DNA from: Neomegalonema sp.
Lineage (GTDB): Bacteria; Pseudomonadota; Alphaproteobacteria; Rhodobacterales; Rhodobacteraceae
Length of the DNA stretch: 64,000 nucleotides
Direction: 5' to 3'
Assembly: GCA_022760435.1 (NCBI GenBank)
Contig: JALEFY010000037.1
Coordinates: 211,944-275,943 of the forward strand
In this document: in pieces, positions 10,349 through 20,912 of the stretch
Position numbering within the stretch: position 1 is the first letter of the stretch
How the letters are laid out: each line of letters opens with the position of its first letter
Position numbers and translations under genes: made by a program
Notes under the pieces: generated by a model
What the model saw: the letters and a program-made list of their open reading frames with translations, nothing else
Database searches by the model: none
Told to the model about the DNA's origin: nothing

Positions 10349-10955
10349 ACTGCATCCGCATGAACACCCTGCCTCCCCCCCTCCATTCCGCGCAGATGCG
10401 GCACGATCAGGGCAAGCGGACGACTTGAGCGGGGCGCGGGATAACCTTACCTCATCATCAAAATCGGTTTCGCGATTTAAGATAAAATTAAGAGCGCGCG
10501 GAAAATAGTGTTGGCACAGGTTGCATTACGCATATAGCATTCCAGCGGGTGCACCGTCCGAAGGATTGCATGAAGCTCGGAGAGCACCTGGTTCGGATAT
10601 TACAGACTTGTTGCAATATTGCAGCAAATCCCCGGCACTGACCGCGACCCCAGTCGCAGCTCCACCTGCAGCAAAGGCGCGCAAGGCCGGGAAAGATCGG
10701 AAGTTTAACCGCGTAACGGTGTCCCGACGCGGAAGAAGCAGGCGACCAGCATTGGGCGCTTATAGGTTTGGCAAGGTATGTGGCTCGCAGTTGTCATGGC
10801 AGAAGAAGGCAGCGCCGTTTTGCGGCGCGTCCCCGCCATGCTGAGCTCGCCACAGCATCGACATCTGAAAGGACGGCGCGTCTTCAGCGCCCTGCGGAAG
10901 GCCCTTTGGTGGGACCCATCGCACCGCGCAAGAGGCGGGCCGCGAGTAATCACTC
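10349..10955 (+). promoter_or_regulatory. long (~0.6 kb), AT-richer 5' leader of rne; probable autoregulatory UTR
   Basis: It is non-coding and compositionally distinct. It contains the perfect palindrome TTGCAATATTGCAA (10609-10622) and several stem-forming stretches. Long structured rne leaders are known from other bacteria. Confidence 0.5.
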
Positions 10956-13775
10956 ATGGCAAAGAAAATGCTCATCGATGCCACGCATCCCGAGGAGACT
11001 CGGGTCGTGGTCGTGGAAGGAAACCGGGTTGAGGAGTTCGACTACGAGTCGATCAACAAGCAGCAGCTAGCAGGCAATATCTATCTGGCCAAGGTCACAA
11101 GGGTCGAACCCTCGTTGCAGGCCGCCTTTGTCGAATATGGCGGCAATCGCCATGGCTTCCTCGCGTTTTCCGAGATCCACCCGGACTATTACCAGATCCC
11201 GCTCGCCGACCGCGAAGCGCTGCTCGCCGCCGAAGCCGAGGCCGCTGCTGCGGAAGAAGCTGCCGAGGAAGAGCAGGAGCGCGCGCGCAACGCGCGCAAG
11301 CGTGGCCGCACGGCGTCCAAGAATACCAAGAACGGCCAAACCCGCGGCAAGGGTCGGGGCGGGCGCAGCAAGCGCCGCGGCTTTGAGCTGACCGGTCTGG
11401 ATGAGACCGATGCCGCCGCTCTGCCCGAGGCGCTGCAAAGCCTGGGCGCCGAGGGCCAGGAAGCAAGCTGGCATATGCCGCCCTTGCCCGCCGTCGAAGA
11501 AGACGAACTCGCGCGCATCCTCGCCGAACTCACGCAAACCCGCGCCAGCCAGTCGGCCCCCATCGCTGCACAGGCGGAAGCGGCGCATCTGAGCGAGAGC
11601 ATCAGCGAAGAGCTCGAGGATGACGAGGACGACGCCGAGACGGCGGATGCCGACAACGCCGACACCACGTCCAGCGACAAGGACGAGGACGGCGCTGATG
11701 CCGATGTCGAGGAAGTCGGCGCTGAAGATAGCCGCGAAGAGGTGCAGCCGCGCCGGTTGCGGGTGAAGAAATACAATATTCAGGAAGTCATCAAGAAGCG
11801 GCAAATCCTGCTGGTTCAGGTGGTCAAGGAAGAGCGGGGCACCAAGGGTGCGGCGCTGACCACCTATCTCTCGCTGGCTGGCCGCTATTGCGTGCTGATG
11901 CCCAATACCGCGCGTGGCGGCGGCATCTCCCGCAAGATCACCAATGCCGCCGACCGCAAACGGCTCAAGGCTCTCGCCAATGATCTCGAAGTGCCCGAAG
12001 GCATGGGGCTTATCGTGCGCACCGCCGGCGCCGAACGCACCCAGGCCGAAGTGCGCCGCGACTATGAATATCTGCTGCGCCAATGGTCCTCGATCCGCGA
12101 TCTCACCCTGAAATCGGTGGCGCCGACGCTGATCTATGAGGAAGGCAGCCTGATCAAGCGCGCCATTCGCGACCTCTACAACAATGATATCGACACAATC
12201 ACCGTCGAGGGCGAAGAGGGCTTTGGCGAAGCGCGCGAATACATGCAGATGCTGATGCCCAATCACGCCAAGCATGTGCATCATTATTCGGACAGCGTGC
12301 CGCTCTTCATCCGGCATCAGGTGGAAAGCCAGATGAATGCGATGCTGAACCCGACGGTGCAGCTCAAATCCGGCGGCTATATCGTGATCGGCGTCACCGA
12401 GGCGCTGGTTGCCGTTGACGTGAACTCGGGCCGCGCCACCAAGGAAGGCTCGATTGAGGAAACCGCGCTCAAGACCAATCTCGAAGCCGCCGAAGAGGTG
12501 GCCCGCCAGCTCAAATTGCGCGATCTCGCCGGGCTGATTGTCATCGACTTCATCGACATGGATGAAAGCAAGAACAATCGCGCCGTCGAAAAGATGCTCA
12601 AGGAGAAGCTGAAGAACGATCGCGCTCGGATCCAGATCGGCAAGATCTCGTCCTTTGGGTTGCTGGAGATGTCACGCCAGCGGCTGCGGCCGGGCCTGCT
12701 GGAGGCTACGACCTCGCCTTGCCCGCATTGCCATGGCACCGGCATTATTCGCTCGGACGAATCGCTCGCGCTGTCGGTGCTGCGCGCGGTCGAGGAAGAG
12801 GGGGTGCGCGGACGCACCGCCGCTGTTCGGGTCACGGCCCCGGTCACCGTGGCCAATTACGTCATCAACCACAAGCGCGCACGGATCCTGCAAATCGAGG
12901 AACGTTACGGCATGCAGGTGATCGTGATCGGCGACCCGCACAAGGTCAGCCCCGATTTCACCGTCGAGCGGACCCAGCGTCTGGAGCGCGAAGAGATCGA
13001 GACCGCTGCGGTCACGGTCGAAACCGGCTTCTCGGAGCAAGGTGTCGAAGTGCCGGAAGTCGTCGAGGAACCGCAGGAAGACAATGGCAGCGACAAGCGT
13101 CGGCGGCGTCGGCGCAAGCGCAAGGATCGCGACGGCGAGGCGGTCGAGGATGCGGTGGAGGTCAATGCAGACGACACCGCAGCCGATGCTGATCAGGACG
13201 CGGCGGCCAAAAACACCGACGATGCTTCCGAAAGCACCGAGAATGAAGGCTCCGATGATGCCGATGGCGAAGAGGGCGAACGCTCGGCCGGGCGCCGTCG
13301 TGGCCGTCGCGGCGGGCGTCGTCGCCGGAAAAAGTCCGATGAGGACGCAGGGGCCGATCCGTTGCAGGTCATTGATCTGAGCGACCCCGCCGGGCAAGAG
13401 GCGGCTGAGCCAGCGAGTACAGAGGCCGCACAGACGCTCACGCCAGCACCCTCCGGTGAGATCGAGCCGGAAACCGCAGCCCAGACCTTCCCGGCTGAGG
13501 CTGCCGATATGCAGGACGCGGCGGCAACGGCTCCGAACGAGCCAGGAACCCAAGAATCCCCGGTCCAAGAATCCCCGGTCCAAGAATCGGCGGCTCAAGA
13601 GTTGGCGATCGAAGAACCGGTGATCGAAGAAGCCGCGCTCGCGGAAACGGCCACATCACAGAGCGCATCCGCTGCTGATGAGCCCGAACTGGTCATCGCC
13701 GATAACGGCGCTCCGGATGAGCCCCAATCGCGCCCCGCTCCCAAGCGGACCGGTTGGTGGAACCTGCGCCGCTGA
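10956..13775 (+). CDS. rne: ribonuclease E
   Basis: 939 aa with an S1/RNase E catalytic N-terminal half (MLIDATHPEETRVVVVEGNRVEEFDYE..., the Zn-link CPHCHGTG) and a low-complexity Arg/Glu/Asp-rich C-terminal scaffold. Confidence 0.95.
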   Translation: MAKKMLIDATHPEETRVVVVEGNRVEEFDYESINKQQLAGNIYLAKVTRVEPSLQAAFVEYGGNRHGFLAFSEIHPDYYQIPLADREALLAAEAEAAAAEEAAEEEQERARNARKRGRTASKNTKNGQTRGKGRGGRSKRRGFELTGLDETDAAALPEALQSLGAEGQEASWHMPPLPAVEEDELARILAELTQTRASQSAPIAAQAEAAHLSESISEELEDDEDDAETADADNADTTSSDKDEDGADADVEEVGAEDSREEVQPRRLRVKKYNIQEVIKKRQILLVQVVKEERGTKGAALTTYLSLAGRYCVLMPNTARGGGISRKITNAADRKRLKALANDLEVPEGMGLIVRTAGAERTQAEVRRDYEYLLRQWSSIRDLTLKSVAPTLIYEEGSLIKRAIRDLYNNDIDTITVEGEEGFGEAREYMQMLMPNHAKHVHHYSDSVPLFIRHQVESQMNAMLNPTVQLKSGGYIVIGVTEALVAVDVNSGRATKEGSIEETALKTNLEAAEEVARQLKLRDLAGLIVIDFIDMDESKNNRAVEKMLKEKLKNDRARIQIGKISSFGLLEMSRQRLRPGLLEATTSPCPHCHGTGIIRSDESLALSVLRAVEEEGVRGRTAAVRVTAPVTVANYVINHKRARILQIEERYGMQVIVIGDPHKVSPDFTVERTQRLEREEIETAAVTVETGFSEQGVEVPEVVEEPQEDNGSDKRRRRRRKRKDRDGEAVEDAVEVNADDTAADADQDAAAKNTDDASESTENEGSDDADGEEGERSAGRRRGRRGGRRRRKKSDEDAGADPLQVIDLSDPAGQEAAEPASTEAAQTLTPAPSGEIEPETAAQTFPAEAADMQDAAATAPNEPGTQESPVQESPVQESAAQELAIEEPVIEEAALAETATSQSASAADEPELVIADNGAPDEPQSRPAPKRTGWWNLRR

Positions 13776-13800
13776 CCGGACCAGCCTCAACGGCCCAACC

Positions 13801-13834
13801 CGCTCCCGGAGACTGAAATGATCCGGGAGCGGGG
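13801..13834 (+). terminator. stem-loop downstream of rne (possible terminator or processing site)
   Basis: ccgctcccgga-(11 nt)-tccgggagcgg forms an 11-bp stem; there is no clear U-tract. Confidence 0.35.
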
Positions 13835-14002
13835 CCAGGATTGCGCCGAAATCCTTGTTGATTGCAGGGACCGCCCCACCAATTGGGCAGGAAATTCCAC
13901 TCCCTATGCGGGAAACGGCACCTTTTCGCTCTCCCTCATCTGGTCAAGCCAGCCATTGCGGGTTACCTTCTTTCGATGGGGTTACAAGCAAGGGTTGGGT
14001 TC

Positions 14003-14947
14003 ATGCTGGGGAACGAGCTTCCTGAGGAATGCACTCGGATTACGATCCGTCCGCCCTCCAAATCCGAGCGTGTGCTCGATTTGGAGATCACAACCGGCGA
14101 GATCCGCCACAGTGCAAGCTACCTGCCCGCCGAAAGCCGCGATCAGGCGAATATTTTGCTGAGCGAGGAGGCGAGAGCCGCGCTGTTGCGCCAGGCCACG
14201 CATGACCGCACCGCGATCTTCACCGAGTTGACCCTCGAAAATCCGGCGAGCAAAGCCGAACTGACCTTTGACAATGTGACCTTGCCTCTGCGCCGGGGCC
14301 AGCTCGCGGCGAGTATCGTTCTGACCCGCAAGGACAAGGCGCTGCCGATTGCGCTCGCCAATATCGATCTCGACCGAAAGGAAGAGTTTGTCGGGCGCGA
14401 ACGCGAGATCCTGACCCTCTTTAGCGGCTATCGCATTGATTATCGCACCAAGCGGGCGGCGCTCTGGCTGCTCGCCGGAGCGGCGCTCAAGGCGGCGGCG
14501 CTCTATTTTGTGCTGTCGCTGGCGTTGGTCTTCGGCGCGCGGATCTTGCAAAATGATCCTGAACTCTCGGCGCTTTTGAAGCGCTATCTGGTTCAGGACG
14601 CCCCGCTCTATGTCGCGGGGGTGATGTTTGCGCTGTGGTCGGCCAAGGCGTTTTTTGTCTGGCAAGGCCGGGCACGGTATCAAAGCCAGATGCTGCGGCA
14701 GATCTGGAACACGGTCGGTCGCGCGCTCGACTACCTGCACAAGAATGCCGATGATTACCGCCCGGCGCCGCGCGAACAGGATGCTGTCGCGAGCCCGCAA
14801 TTGCCGCAACCGGCCAATGACAGCCGCGCCAGCCGCGAGGCGGAGCGGGCGACGATGCCGGATCCAAGCGTGGAAGAAGGCGCGGATGAGCCTTCCTCGA
14901 ATATCATCGCGCTCAATGACCAGGTCCGCCAAAAGCTTGCCGGATGA
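14003..14947 (+). CDS. hypothetical membrane protein with two predicted TM helices
   Basis: Uninterrupted ORF with coding-like composition. TM segments ALWLLAGAALKAAALYFVLSLALVFGA and LYVAGVMFALWSA. The start is uncertain (13862 or 14003). I recognise no family. Confidence 0.45.
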   Translation: MLGNELPEECTRITIRPPSKSERVLDLEITTGEIRHSASYLPAESRDQANILLSEEARAALLRQATHDRTAIFTELTLENPASKAELTFDNVTLPLRRGQLAASIVLTRKDKALPIALANIDLDRKEEFVGREREILTLFSGYRIDYRTKRAALWLLAGAALKAAALYFVLSLALVFGARILQNDPELSALLKRYLVQDAPLYVAGVMFALWSAKAFFVWQGRARYQSQMLRQIWNTVGRALDYLHKNADDYRPAPREQDAVASPQLPQPANDSRASREAERATMPDPSVEEGADEPSSNIIALNDQVRQKLAG

Positions 14948-14970
14948 TAGTCTGACAAGCCAGCGCCGCG

Positions 14971-16146
14971 CTACTGATCCGCCGCTTGTTTCGCACTCCA
15001 GGCAACCAGACGCGCCGCGGCTTCCGAGATCTCGTCCGCCCCGCGCGCAAAGCTGAAGCGCACCGTACCAGCGCCGCGCTCGGGATCGAAATCGAGCCCG
15101 GGCGTTGCAGCGACACCGGCTTGGGCCAGCAGCGCCTGACAGAAGGCAGCACTATCCGGAGCGCCCTCGGGCAGGGACGCGTAGACGTAAAAGGCCCCGT
15201 CGCAGGGCGCGATGTCCCGGAACCCGGCCGCGCGCACCGCCTCGAGCAAGACTTCGCGATTGCGGGCATAGACCTGCCGGTTCTCCTCCAGCTCCTCGGT
15301 CGCATCCAGCGCCGCCAGCGCCGCGATCTGGCTCGCATGCGGCGCGCAGATGAACAGGTTCTGCGCCAGCCGCTCGACAGTGCGCACGAGCTCGGGCGGC
15401 ACCACCATCCAGCCGATCCGCCAGCCGGTCATCGAGAAATATTTCGAGAAACTGTTGATGACGATGGCGCGGTCGGTGACTTCGAGAGCGCAAACGGCTC
15501 GCTCGCCAAAATGCAGGCCATGATAGATTTCGTCGGAAATGAAGATCCCGTCCTGCGCCTCGATCGCCTCGACCAGCGCTTGCATCGCTGGCAAATCCAG
15601 GATCGTCCCGGTCGGGTTTGCCGGGCTGGCGGCCAGAAGCCCCTGAACCGTGCCGATCTCGGCCAGTTGAGCAGCGGTTGGCTGATAGCGCGTTTCCAGC
15701 GTGGTTTGCAGACGCACGGGCTCAAGGCCATAGGCTTGCAGGATGTTGCGATAGCTCGGATAGCCCGGATCGCCAAGCGCCACCCGATCGCCCACATCGA
15801 AGGCCGTGAGGAAGGCAAGCTGGAACGCAGCGGAGGACCCCGCGGTCACAATCACGCGATCAGGATCGAGAGAGACCCCATACCAATCGGCATAAAGCTG
15901 CGCGATGCGCGCGCGCAAGGCGGGCAATCCAACCGCCAGCGTATAGCCCAAAGGGGTGTCGAGCGCCTGTTTGAGCGCCTCTCGCGCCAGACGCGGCGCT
16001 GGCGTGCCGGGCTGACCGACCTCCAGATGCATCACCGAGGCCCCTTCCGCCTCGCGCGCAGCGGCTGCATTCATCACATCCATGACCATGAACGGACCGA
16101 TTTCCGAGCGGCGCGAAGCCTTAACCAGCCTTGAATTTCGTCGCAT
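14971..16146 (-). CDS. PLP-dependent aminotransferase, class I/II (aspartate/aromatic aminotransferase family)
   Basis: 391 aa with the SFSKYFSMTGWRIGW lysine-containing motif and a typical fold-type I layout. Confidence 0.85.
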   Translation of the reverse strand: MRRNSRLVKASRRSEIGPFMVMDVMNAAAAREAEGASVMHLEVGQPGTPAPRLAREALKQALDTPLGYTLAVGLPALRARIAQLYADWYGVSLDPDRVIVTAGSSAAFQLAFLTAFDVGDRVALGDPGYPSYRNILQAYGLEPVRLQTTLETRYQPTAAQLAEIGTVQGLLAASPANPTGTILDLPAMQALVEAIEAQDGIFISDEIYHGLHFGERAVCALEVTDRAIVINSFSKYFSMTGWRIGWMVVPPELVRTVERLAQNLFICAPHASQIAALAALDATEELEENRQVYARNREVLLEAVRAAGFRDIAPCDGAFYVYASLPEGAPDSAAFCQALLAQAGVAATPGLDFDPERGAGTVRFSFARGADEISEAAARLVAWSAKQAADQ

Positions 16147-16315
16147 TCGACCCCCATTATCAGCGCGGAGCTGACTTCAACGGCGCGGCCAGCCTCGCCT
16201 TGCGGCAGCACAGGCCGAAGCGCTAGACCTTGCCGACGCGCCAGAACTTGCCGACGTTGCTGGGCATCAATGCAAGACAGCGTCGCTAAAGCAAGGAAAA
16301 GAGGGACCAGAGGCG

Positions 16316-17656
16316 TTGAGATACAAGATATGGAAAAATTGCCGGCGCCAGATTCTGTCGGGAGCGTTCGCTATGCTCGCCGCACTGGCCCTGCCCGTCA
16401 ATGCGAGCGCCGCCGGGCTGATCCGTGACAGCGAGATCGAGCGAACCCTGCGCCAGCTCATTACCCCTGTCTTCTCCGCTGCCGATCTGACCGAGCAAAC
16501 GGTTCGCCTGTTCATTATCCAGGACAATTCTCTCAACGCTTTCGTTGGCACCGGGCGCAACATGTTTTTCCACACCGGGCTGCTGCGCACGCTGGAAACG
16601 CCCGAAGAGCTGATCGGGGTGATGGCTCATGAGACCGGTCACATCACCGGCGGGCATCTGTTTGCCCGGATCAGTGCGGCGCGCAGTGCTCAGAACAAGG
16701 CCATCGCCGCCACCATCATCGGGATTGCAACAGCCGTCGCCGGAGCCGGGCGCGCGGGGCTCTCGATCGCGGGGATCGGTAACCGTCTCGCCGAGCGCGA
16801 CTATCTCTCCTTCACCCGATCGCAAGAAGCCAGCGCCGATGCCGCTGCGCTTGCGATCCTTGAAAGAGCGCGCATTGATCCGTCGGGCATGATCCGGGTG
16901 CTCGAGCGTCTGGAGGCCAATCAGGCGGCCTTTGCCCATAATGTCGACCCTTACGCGCTCACCCACCCGCTGAGCCGACAACGGATCGAGTTCTTGCAGC
17001 GCGATGTGCTGCGCTCGCCCGCACTGGGGGCCAAGGTTTCCGCCGAACTCACCTATTGGCATGGACGCATGCGCGCCAAGCTCGACGGGTTCATCGCGCA
17101 GCCGGGCACGCGCTTTACCACCTCGCTCGGCAGTCGCGAGCTCGATCTCTACCGTGAGGCGATCATGCTGCACCGCCTGCCGAGCCCGGATCGGGCGCTG
17201 GCCGCGGTTGACAAGCTGATCGAGATGCGGCCCTCGGACCCTTATTATTGGGAGCTGAAGGGGCAATTCCTGCTCGAGAGCGGGCGGGGAGAGGCCGCGA
17301 TCGCTCCCTATCGCAAGGCCGTGGCGCTGGCGCCGGGGGATGCGCTGATCGCTGGCGGGCTTGGCCAGGCGCTGCTGAGCGCAGATACGCAAGGCCATAA
17401 TCGCGAGGCGCTGCAAGTGCTCGAGCGCGCGGCGCTGGATGATCCCTATCATGCGGGGGTCAAGCGCTCCCTGGCCCTCGCCTATCAGCGCAGCGGCGAT
17501 GATGGAATGGCGGCGGTGGTTTCGGCCGAGCGCATGGCGCTTCAGGGCCAGCCGCGCGATGCCTTGATCCAGGCACAGCGGGCCAAGGCCTTGCTGCCCG
17601 TGGGCTCTCCGGGGCATCTGCGCGCCGAAGATATTACCCGCGAGATCGGCGGCTGA
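16316..17656 (+). CDS. periplasmic M48-family Zn-metalloprotease with TPR repeats (BepA/YfgC-like)
   Basis: HExxH motif MAHETGHITGGH, a signal peptide and a C-terminal TPR-like region. The start may lie a few codons downstream. Confidence 0.85.
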   Translation: MRYKIWKNCRRQILSGAFAMLAALALPVNASAAGLIRDSEIERTLRQLITPVFSAADLTEQTVRLFIIQDNSLNAFVGTGRNMFFHTGLLRTLETPEELIGVMAHETGHITGGHLFARISAARSAQNKAIAATIIGIATAVAGAGRAGLSIAGIGNRLAERDYLSFTRSQEASADAAALAILERARIDPSGMIRVLERLEANQAAFAHNVDPYALTHPLSRQRIEFLQRDVLRSPALGAKVSAELTYWHGRMRAKLDGFIAQPGTRFTTSLGSRELDLYREAIMLHRLPSPDRALAAVDKLIEMRPSDPYYWELKGQFLLESGRGEAAIAPYRKAVALAPGDALIAGGLGQALLSADTQGHNREALQVLERAALDDPYHAGVKRSLALAYQRSGDDGMAAVVSAERMALQGQPRDALIQAQRAKALLPVGSPGHLRAEDITREIGG

Positions 17657-17802
17657 CCATTTCGGGATAACGGGCGCTGCCGCTTGCCGCATAAACGCCA
17701 CCTCGCGAAGAAATGAAGGCAGAGCGGCAATTAAGCTGTTATGCCCAGTGCCAACCCATGGGCGCGCATCTGCATGCGCCGAGCCGTATCAAGGAGTGAC
17801 CG

Positions 17803-18600
17803 ATGACCCTGACCAAGACCCTGAAGCCCTCGGCAAAATCCTTTGCCCTCTCGCTCGCCCTGGTTGGCGCTGCTGCTGTCTCAGGGCTGTTCGCGCTGCC
17901 TGGTGCTGGCGAGGCGCAGGACGCTGCCTTCACCGATGCCCAGCGCGCCGCGATCCGTGAGGAAGCCCGCAAACTGCTCGCTGAGGAGCCTCAACTCGTT
18001 CTGCAAGCCCTGCAAGCGCTGGAAGAAGCACGCCGCCAGCAAGAGGAAGAAGCCGCCACGGCCGCCCTCTCCAGCTATGAGCAGGATCTGCTCAATGATG
18101 GCTATTCCTATGTCGGCGGCAATCTGGAGGGCGATATCACCCTCGTCGAATTCCTCGACTATCGCTGCGGCTTTTGCAAACGCGCGCACAAGGAGGTGGA
18201 GGACTTCGTTGCCGCCGATGGCAATGTCCGCCTGGTCGTCAAGGAATTCCCGGTACTTGGCCCCGATAGCGAGCGGGCTGGCCTGGCCGCATCGGCGGCG
18301 ATGAAGCAGGGGCCGGAGAAGTACAAGGCCTTCCATGATGGCATGATGACCCATCGCGGCGCGCTCGATGAGCGGGCGGTCTTCTTCTATGCCGAACAAG
18401 CCGGTCTCGATGTCGAGAAACTCAAGGCAGATATGGAGGATCCGGCGGTCAAGCAGGGCATCGGCAAGAATTATGAGATCGCTCAGGCCCTCCAGATCAA
18501 TGGCACCCCGGCCTTTATCATGGGTGACGAGATCATTCGCGGCTATGTACCGGCCGATGCGCTCAAGGGCTTTGCCGAGAAAGCGCGCGCGTCGAACTGA
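17803..18600 (+). CDS. DsbA-family thiol:disulfide oxidoreductase
   Basis: Signal peptide, CxxC active site (YRCGFCKR) and a thioredoxin fold, at about 265 aa. Confidence 0.85.
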   Translation: MTLTKTLKPSAKSFALSLALVGAAAVSGLFALPGAGEAQDAAFTDAQRAAIREEARKLLAEEPQLVLQALQALEEARRQQEEEAATAALSSYEQDLLNDGYSYVGGNLEGDITLVEFLDYRCGFCKRAHKEVEDFVAADGNVRLVVKEFPVLGPDSERAGLAASAAMKQGPEKYKAFHDGMMTHRGALDERAVFFYAEQAGLDVEKLKADMEDPAVKQGIGKNYEIAQALQINGTPAFIMGDEIIRGYVPADALKGFAEKARASN

Positions 18601-18658
18601 TCGGACCGCGGCGCGCGCCGCTTCTGGATAGGGCGGTGAGTCGCGAGTGGTTATCAAT

Positions 18659-18697
18659 TGTTTTCGCCGCATCCACTGCGGCGAAAACTTATTTCGC
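18659..18697 (+). terminator. rho-independent terminator after dsbA
   Basis: gttttcgccgca-tccac-tgcggcgaaaac is a perfect 12-bp stem followed by ttatttcg. Confidence 0.65.
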
Positions 18698-18938
18698 AGT
18701 TGCTCGAGACAGGACGCGCAATTGTCGCCTTACACGGCCTAAGCGCAAATTTTCCGCGAGAAATCGTTGCAGCCTGCGGCGGGACGGCGTAACGGCAATG
18801 GCCTGACCACGTCCTGCGGCGCGCCCGAGCCGCCGAGAACACTGACAAACACGGATCGCCCCCGCCAAGGCCCATGCCGCCCTGGCCGAGGCCATTATAG
18901 CCAAGACATCGCCCCTGCGCGGCGAAGGAACGCATGAT

Positions 18939-19484
18939 ATGACCGAATCAAAGAAGTCCAGCTCCCAATCCAGCCGCTCCGAAGCCGATGTCGCCTTCGT
19001 CGAAGCGCTCGCGCGCGTGCTCAAGGAAAACGATCTCGCCGAGCTGGAAGTGACCCGCGAATATGGTGAGGATGATGAGCTCACCGTGCGCCTGGCGCGC
19101 TACGCCGCCCCGGCACCGGTCTATGCCGAAGCGCCGCGTCCGGCGATGAGCGCCCCTGCGCCGATCGCTGCCGCTGCCGCTCCCATGGCTGCCCCCTCGG
19201 CTGCCCCCTCGGCTGCCGCTGATCAGCAGGCCGCCGATCTGAGCAACCATCCGGGCGCTGTCGTCTCGCCGATGGTTGGCACCGCTTATCTTGCCCCCGA
19301 GCCGGGCGCCCCTGAATTCGTGTCGGTGGGCCAGAGCGTGACCGAAGGCCAGACCATCGTCATCGTCGAGGCGATGAAAACCATGAACCACATCCCGGCC
19401 CCGCGTTCTGGTGTTGTGAAGCAGATCATCGTCTCCAATGAGGAACCGGTCGAATATGGCGCGCTGCTGATGATCATCGAGTAA
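18939..19484 (+). CDS. accB: acetyl-CoA carboxylase biotin carboxyl carrier protein
   Basis: C-terminal biotinyl domain with EAMKTMN (biotinyl-lysine motif) and an Ala/Pro-rich linker. Confidence 0.95.
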   Translation: MTESKKSSSQSSRSEADVAFVEALARVLKENDLAELEVTREYGEDDELTVRLARYAAPAPVYAEAPRPAMSAPAPIAAAAAPMAAPSAAPSAAADQQAADLSNHPGAVVSPMVGTAYLAPEPGAPEFVSVGQSVTEGQTIVIVEAMKTMNHIPAPRSGVVKQIIVSNEEPVEYGALLMIIE

Positions 19485-19520
19485 CGCCCAAGGCCCTGCC
19501 CTTCCTTCCTTCCTGACGCT

Positions 19521-20879
19521 TTGGACCTGCCGATGTTCGAGAAAATCCTGATCGCCAATCGCGGCGAAATCGCCCTTCGCATTCACCGCGCCTGCAAGGA
19601 AATGGGCATCAAGACGGTCGCGGTGCATTCCACCGCCGATGCCGATGCCATGCATGTGCGACTGGCTGATGAAAGCGTCTGTATCGGCCCGCCGCAGGCG
19701 GCGAAATCCTATCTCAACGTCCCGGCGCTGATCACGGCTTGTGAACTCACCGGCGCAGAGGCGATCCATCCGGGCTATGGCTTCTTGTCCGAGAATGCCA
19801 GCTTCGCGCAGATCGTGACCGAGCATGGGCTCACCTTTATCGGCCCCACCGCCGATCATATCCGTTTGATGGGCGACAAGATCATGGCCAAGGAGGCCAT
19901 GATCGAATTGGGCGTTCCTTGCGTGCCGGGCTCTGATGGCGGCATTCCGGATGTGAAAGAGGCCAAGAAGGTCGCCAAGAAGATCGGCTATCCAGTGCTG
20001 ATCAAGGCGTCCTCGGGCGGCGGCGGACGCGGCATGAAACTCGCGCGCAGTGAAGAGGAGCTGGCAACCGCCTTCTCGACGGCGCGTTCAGAGTCCAAGG
20101 CTGCCTTTGGCGATGACACTGTCTATATGGAAAAATATCTCGAGCTGCCCCGGCATATCGAGATCCAGGTGGTTGCCGACAGCCATGGTAATGTCGTCCA
20201 TCTGGGTGAGCGCGACTGCTCCTTGCAGCGCCGCCACCAGAAGGTGCTTGAAGAAGCCCCCTCCCCGGCCCTCAACGCCAAGGATCGCGAGAAGATCGGT
20301 AAGACGGTCTCCAAAGCGATCCAGAAGATGGGATATCTGGGCGTGGGGACCATCGAGTTCCTGTATGAAAATGGCGAGTTCTATTTCATCGAGATGAACA
20401 CCCGGCTTCAGGTCGAACACCCTGTGACCGAAGCGATCTACAACGTGGATCTGGTGCGCGAACAGATCAGCATTGCCGCCGGCAATCCGCTGTCCTTCTC
20501 CCAAGATCAGGTCGAGCCCTATGGCCACGCGATCGAGTGCCGGATCAATGCCGAGCACCCCGCCACCTTTGCCCCGTCTCCGGGCACGATCAACAGCTTC
20601 CACGCGCCGGGCGGGCTTGGCATTCGGATGGATAGCGCGATCTATACCGGCTACCGGATCCCGCCCCATTATGACAGCCTGATCGGCAAGCTGATCGTAC
20701 ATGGCCGCACCCGCAATGAATGCCTGATGCGGTTGCGCCGTGCGCTGGGTGAGATGGTCGTCGATGGCGTGCTGACCACCACGCCGCTGTTTCAGGCGTT
20801 GATGTCCGAGCCTGACTTCATCAATGGCGAATACAACATCCATTGGCTTGAAAAATGGCTGGAGAAACAAAAGAGCTAG
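19521..20879 (+). CDS. accC: acetyl-CoA carboxylase biotin carboxylase subunit
   Basis: 452 aa ATP-grasp protein ([17 protein letters not shown]...GGGGRGM...) located immediately after accB. Confidence 0.97.
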   Translation: MDLPMFEKILIANRGEIALRIHRACKEMGIKTVAVHSTADADAMHVRLADESVCIGPPQAAKSYLNVPALITACELTGAEAIHPGYGFLSENASFAQIVTEHGLTFIGPTADHIRLMGDKIMAKEAMIELGVPCVPGSDGGIPDVKEAKKVAKKIGYPVLIKASSGGGGRGMKLARSEEELATAFSTARSESKAAFGDDTVYMEKYLELPRHIEIQVVADSHGNVVHLGERDCSLQRRHQKVLEEAPSPALNAKDREKIGKTVSKAIQKMGYLGVGTIEFLYENGEFYFIEMNTRLQVEHPVTEAIYNVDLVREQISIAAGNPLSFSQDQVEPYGHAIECRINAEHPATFAPSPGTINSFHAPGGLGIRMDSAIYTGYRIPPHYDSLIGKLIVHGRTRNECLMRLRRALGEMVVDGVLTTTPLFQALMSEPDFINGEYNIHWLEKWLEKQKS

Positions 20880-20912
20880 CGCGCGCGCTGGCTCTCACCT
20901 ACCCTTTGCGCC

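Noticed and set aside
8901-10349. 482-aa plus-strand ORF
   Set aside because: Antisense to the amiC amidase gene; no motifs.
11067-12317. 416-aa minus-strand ORF
   Set aside because: Antisense to rne.
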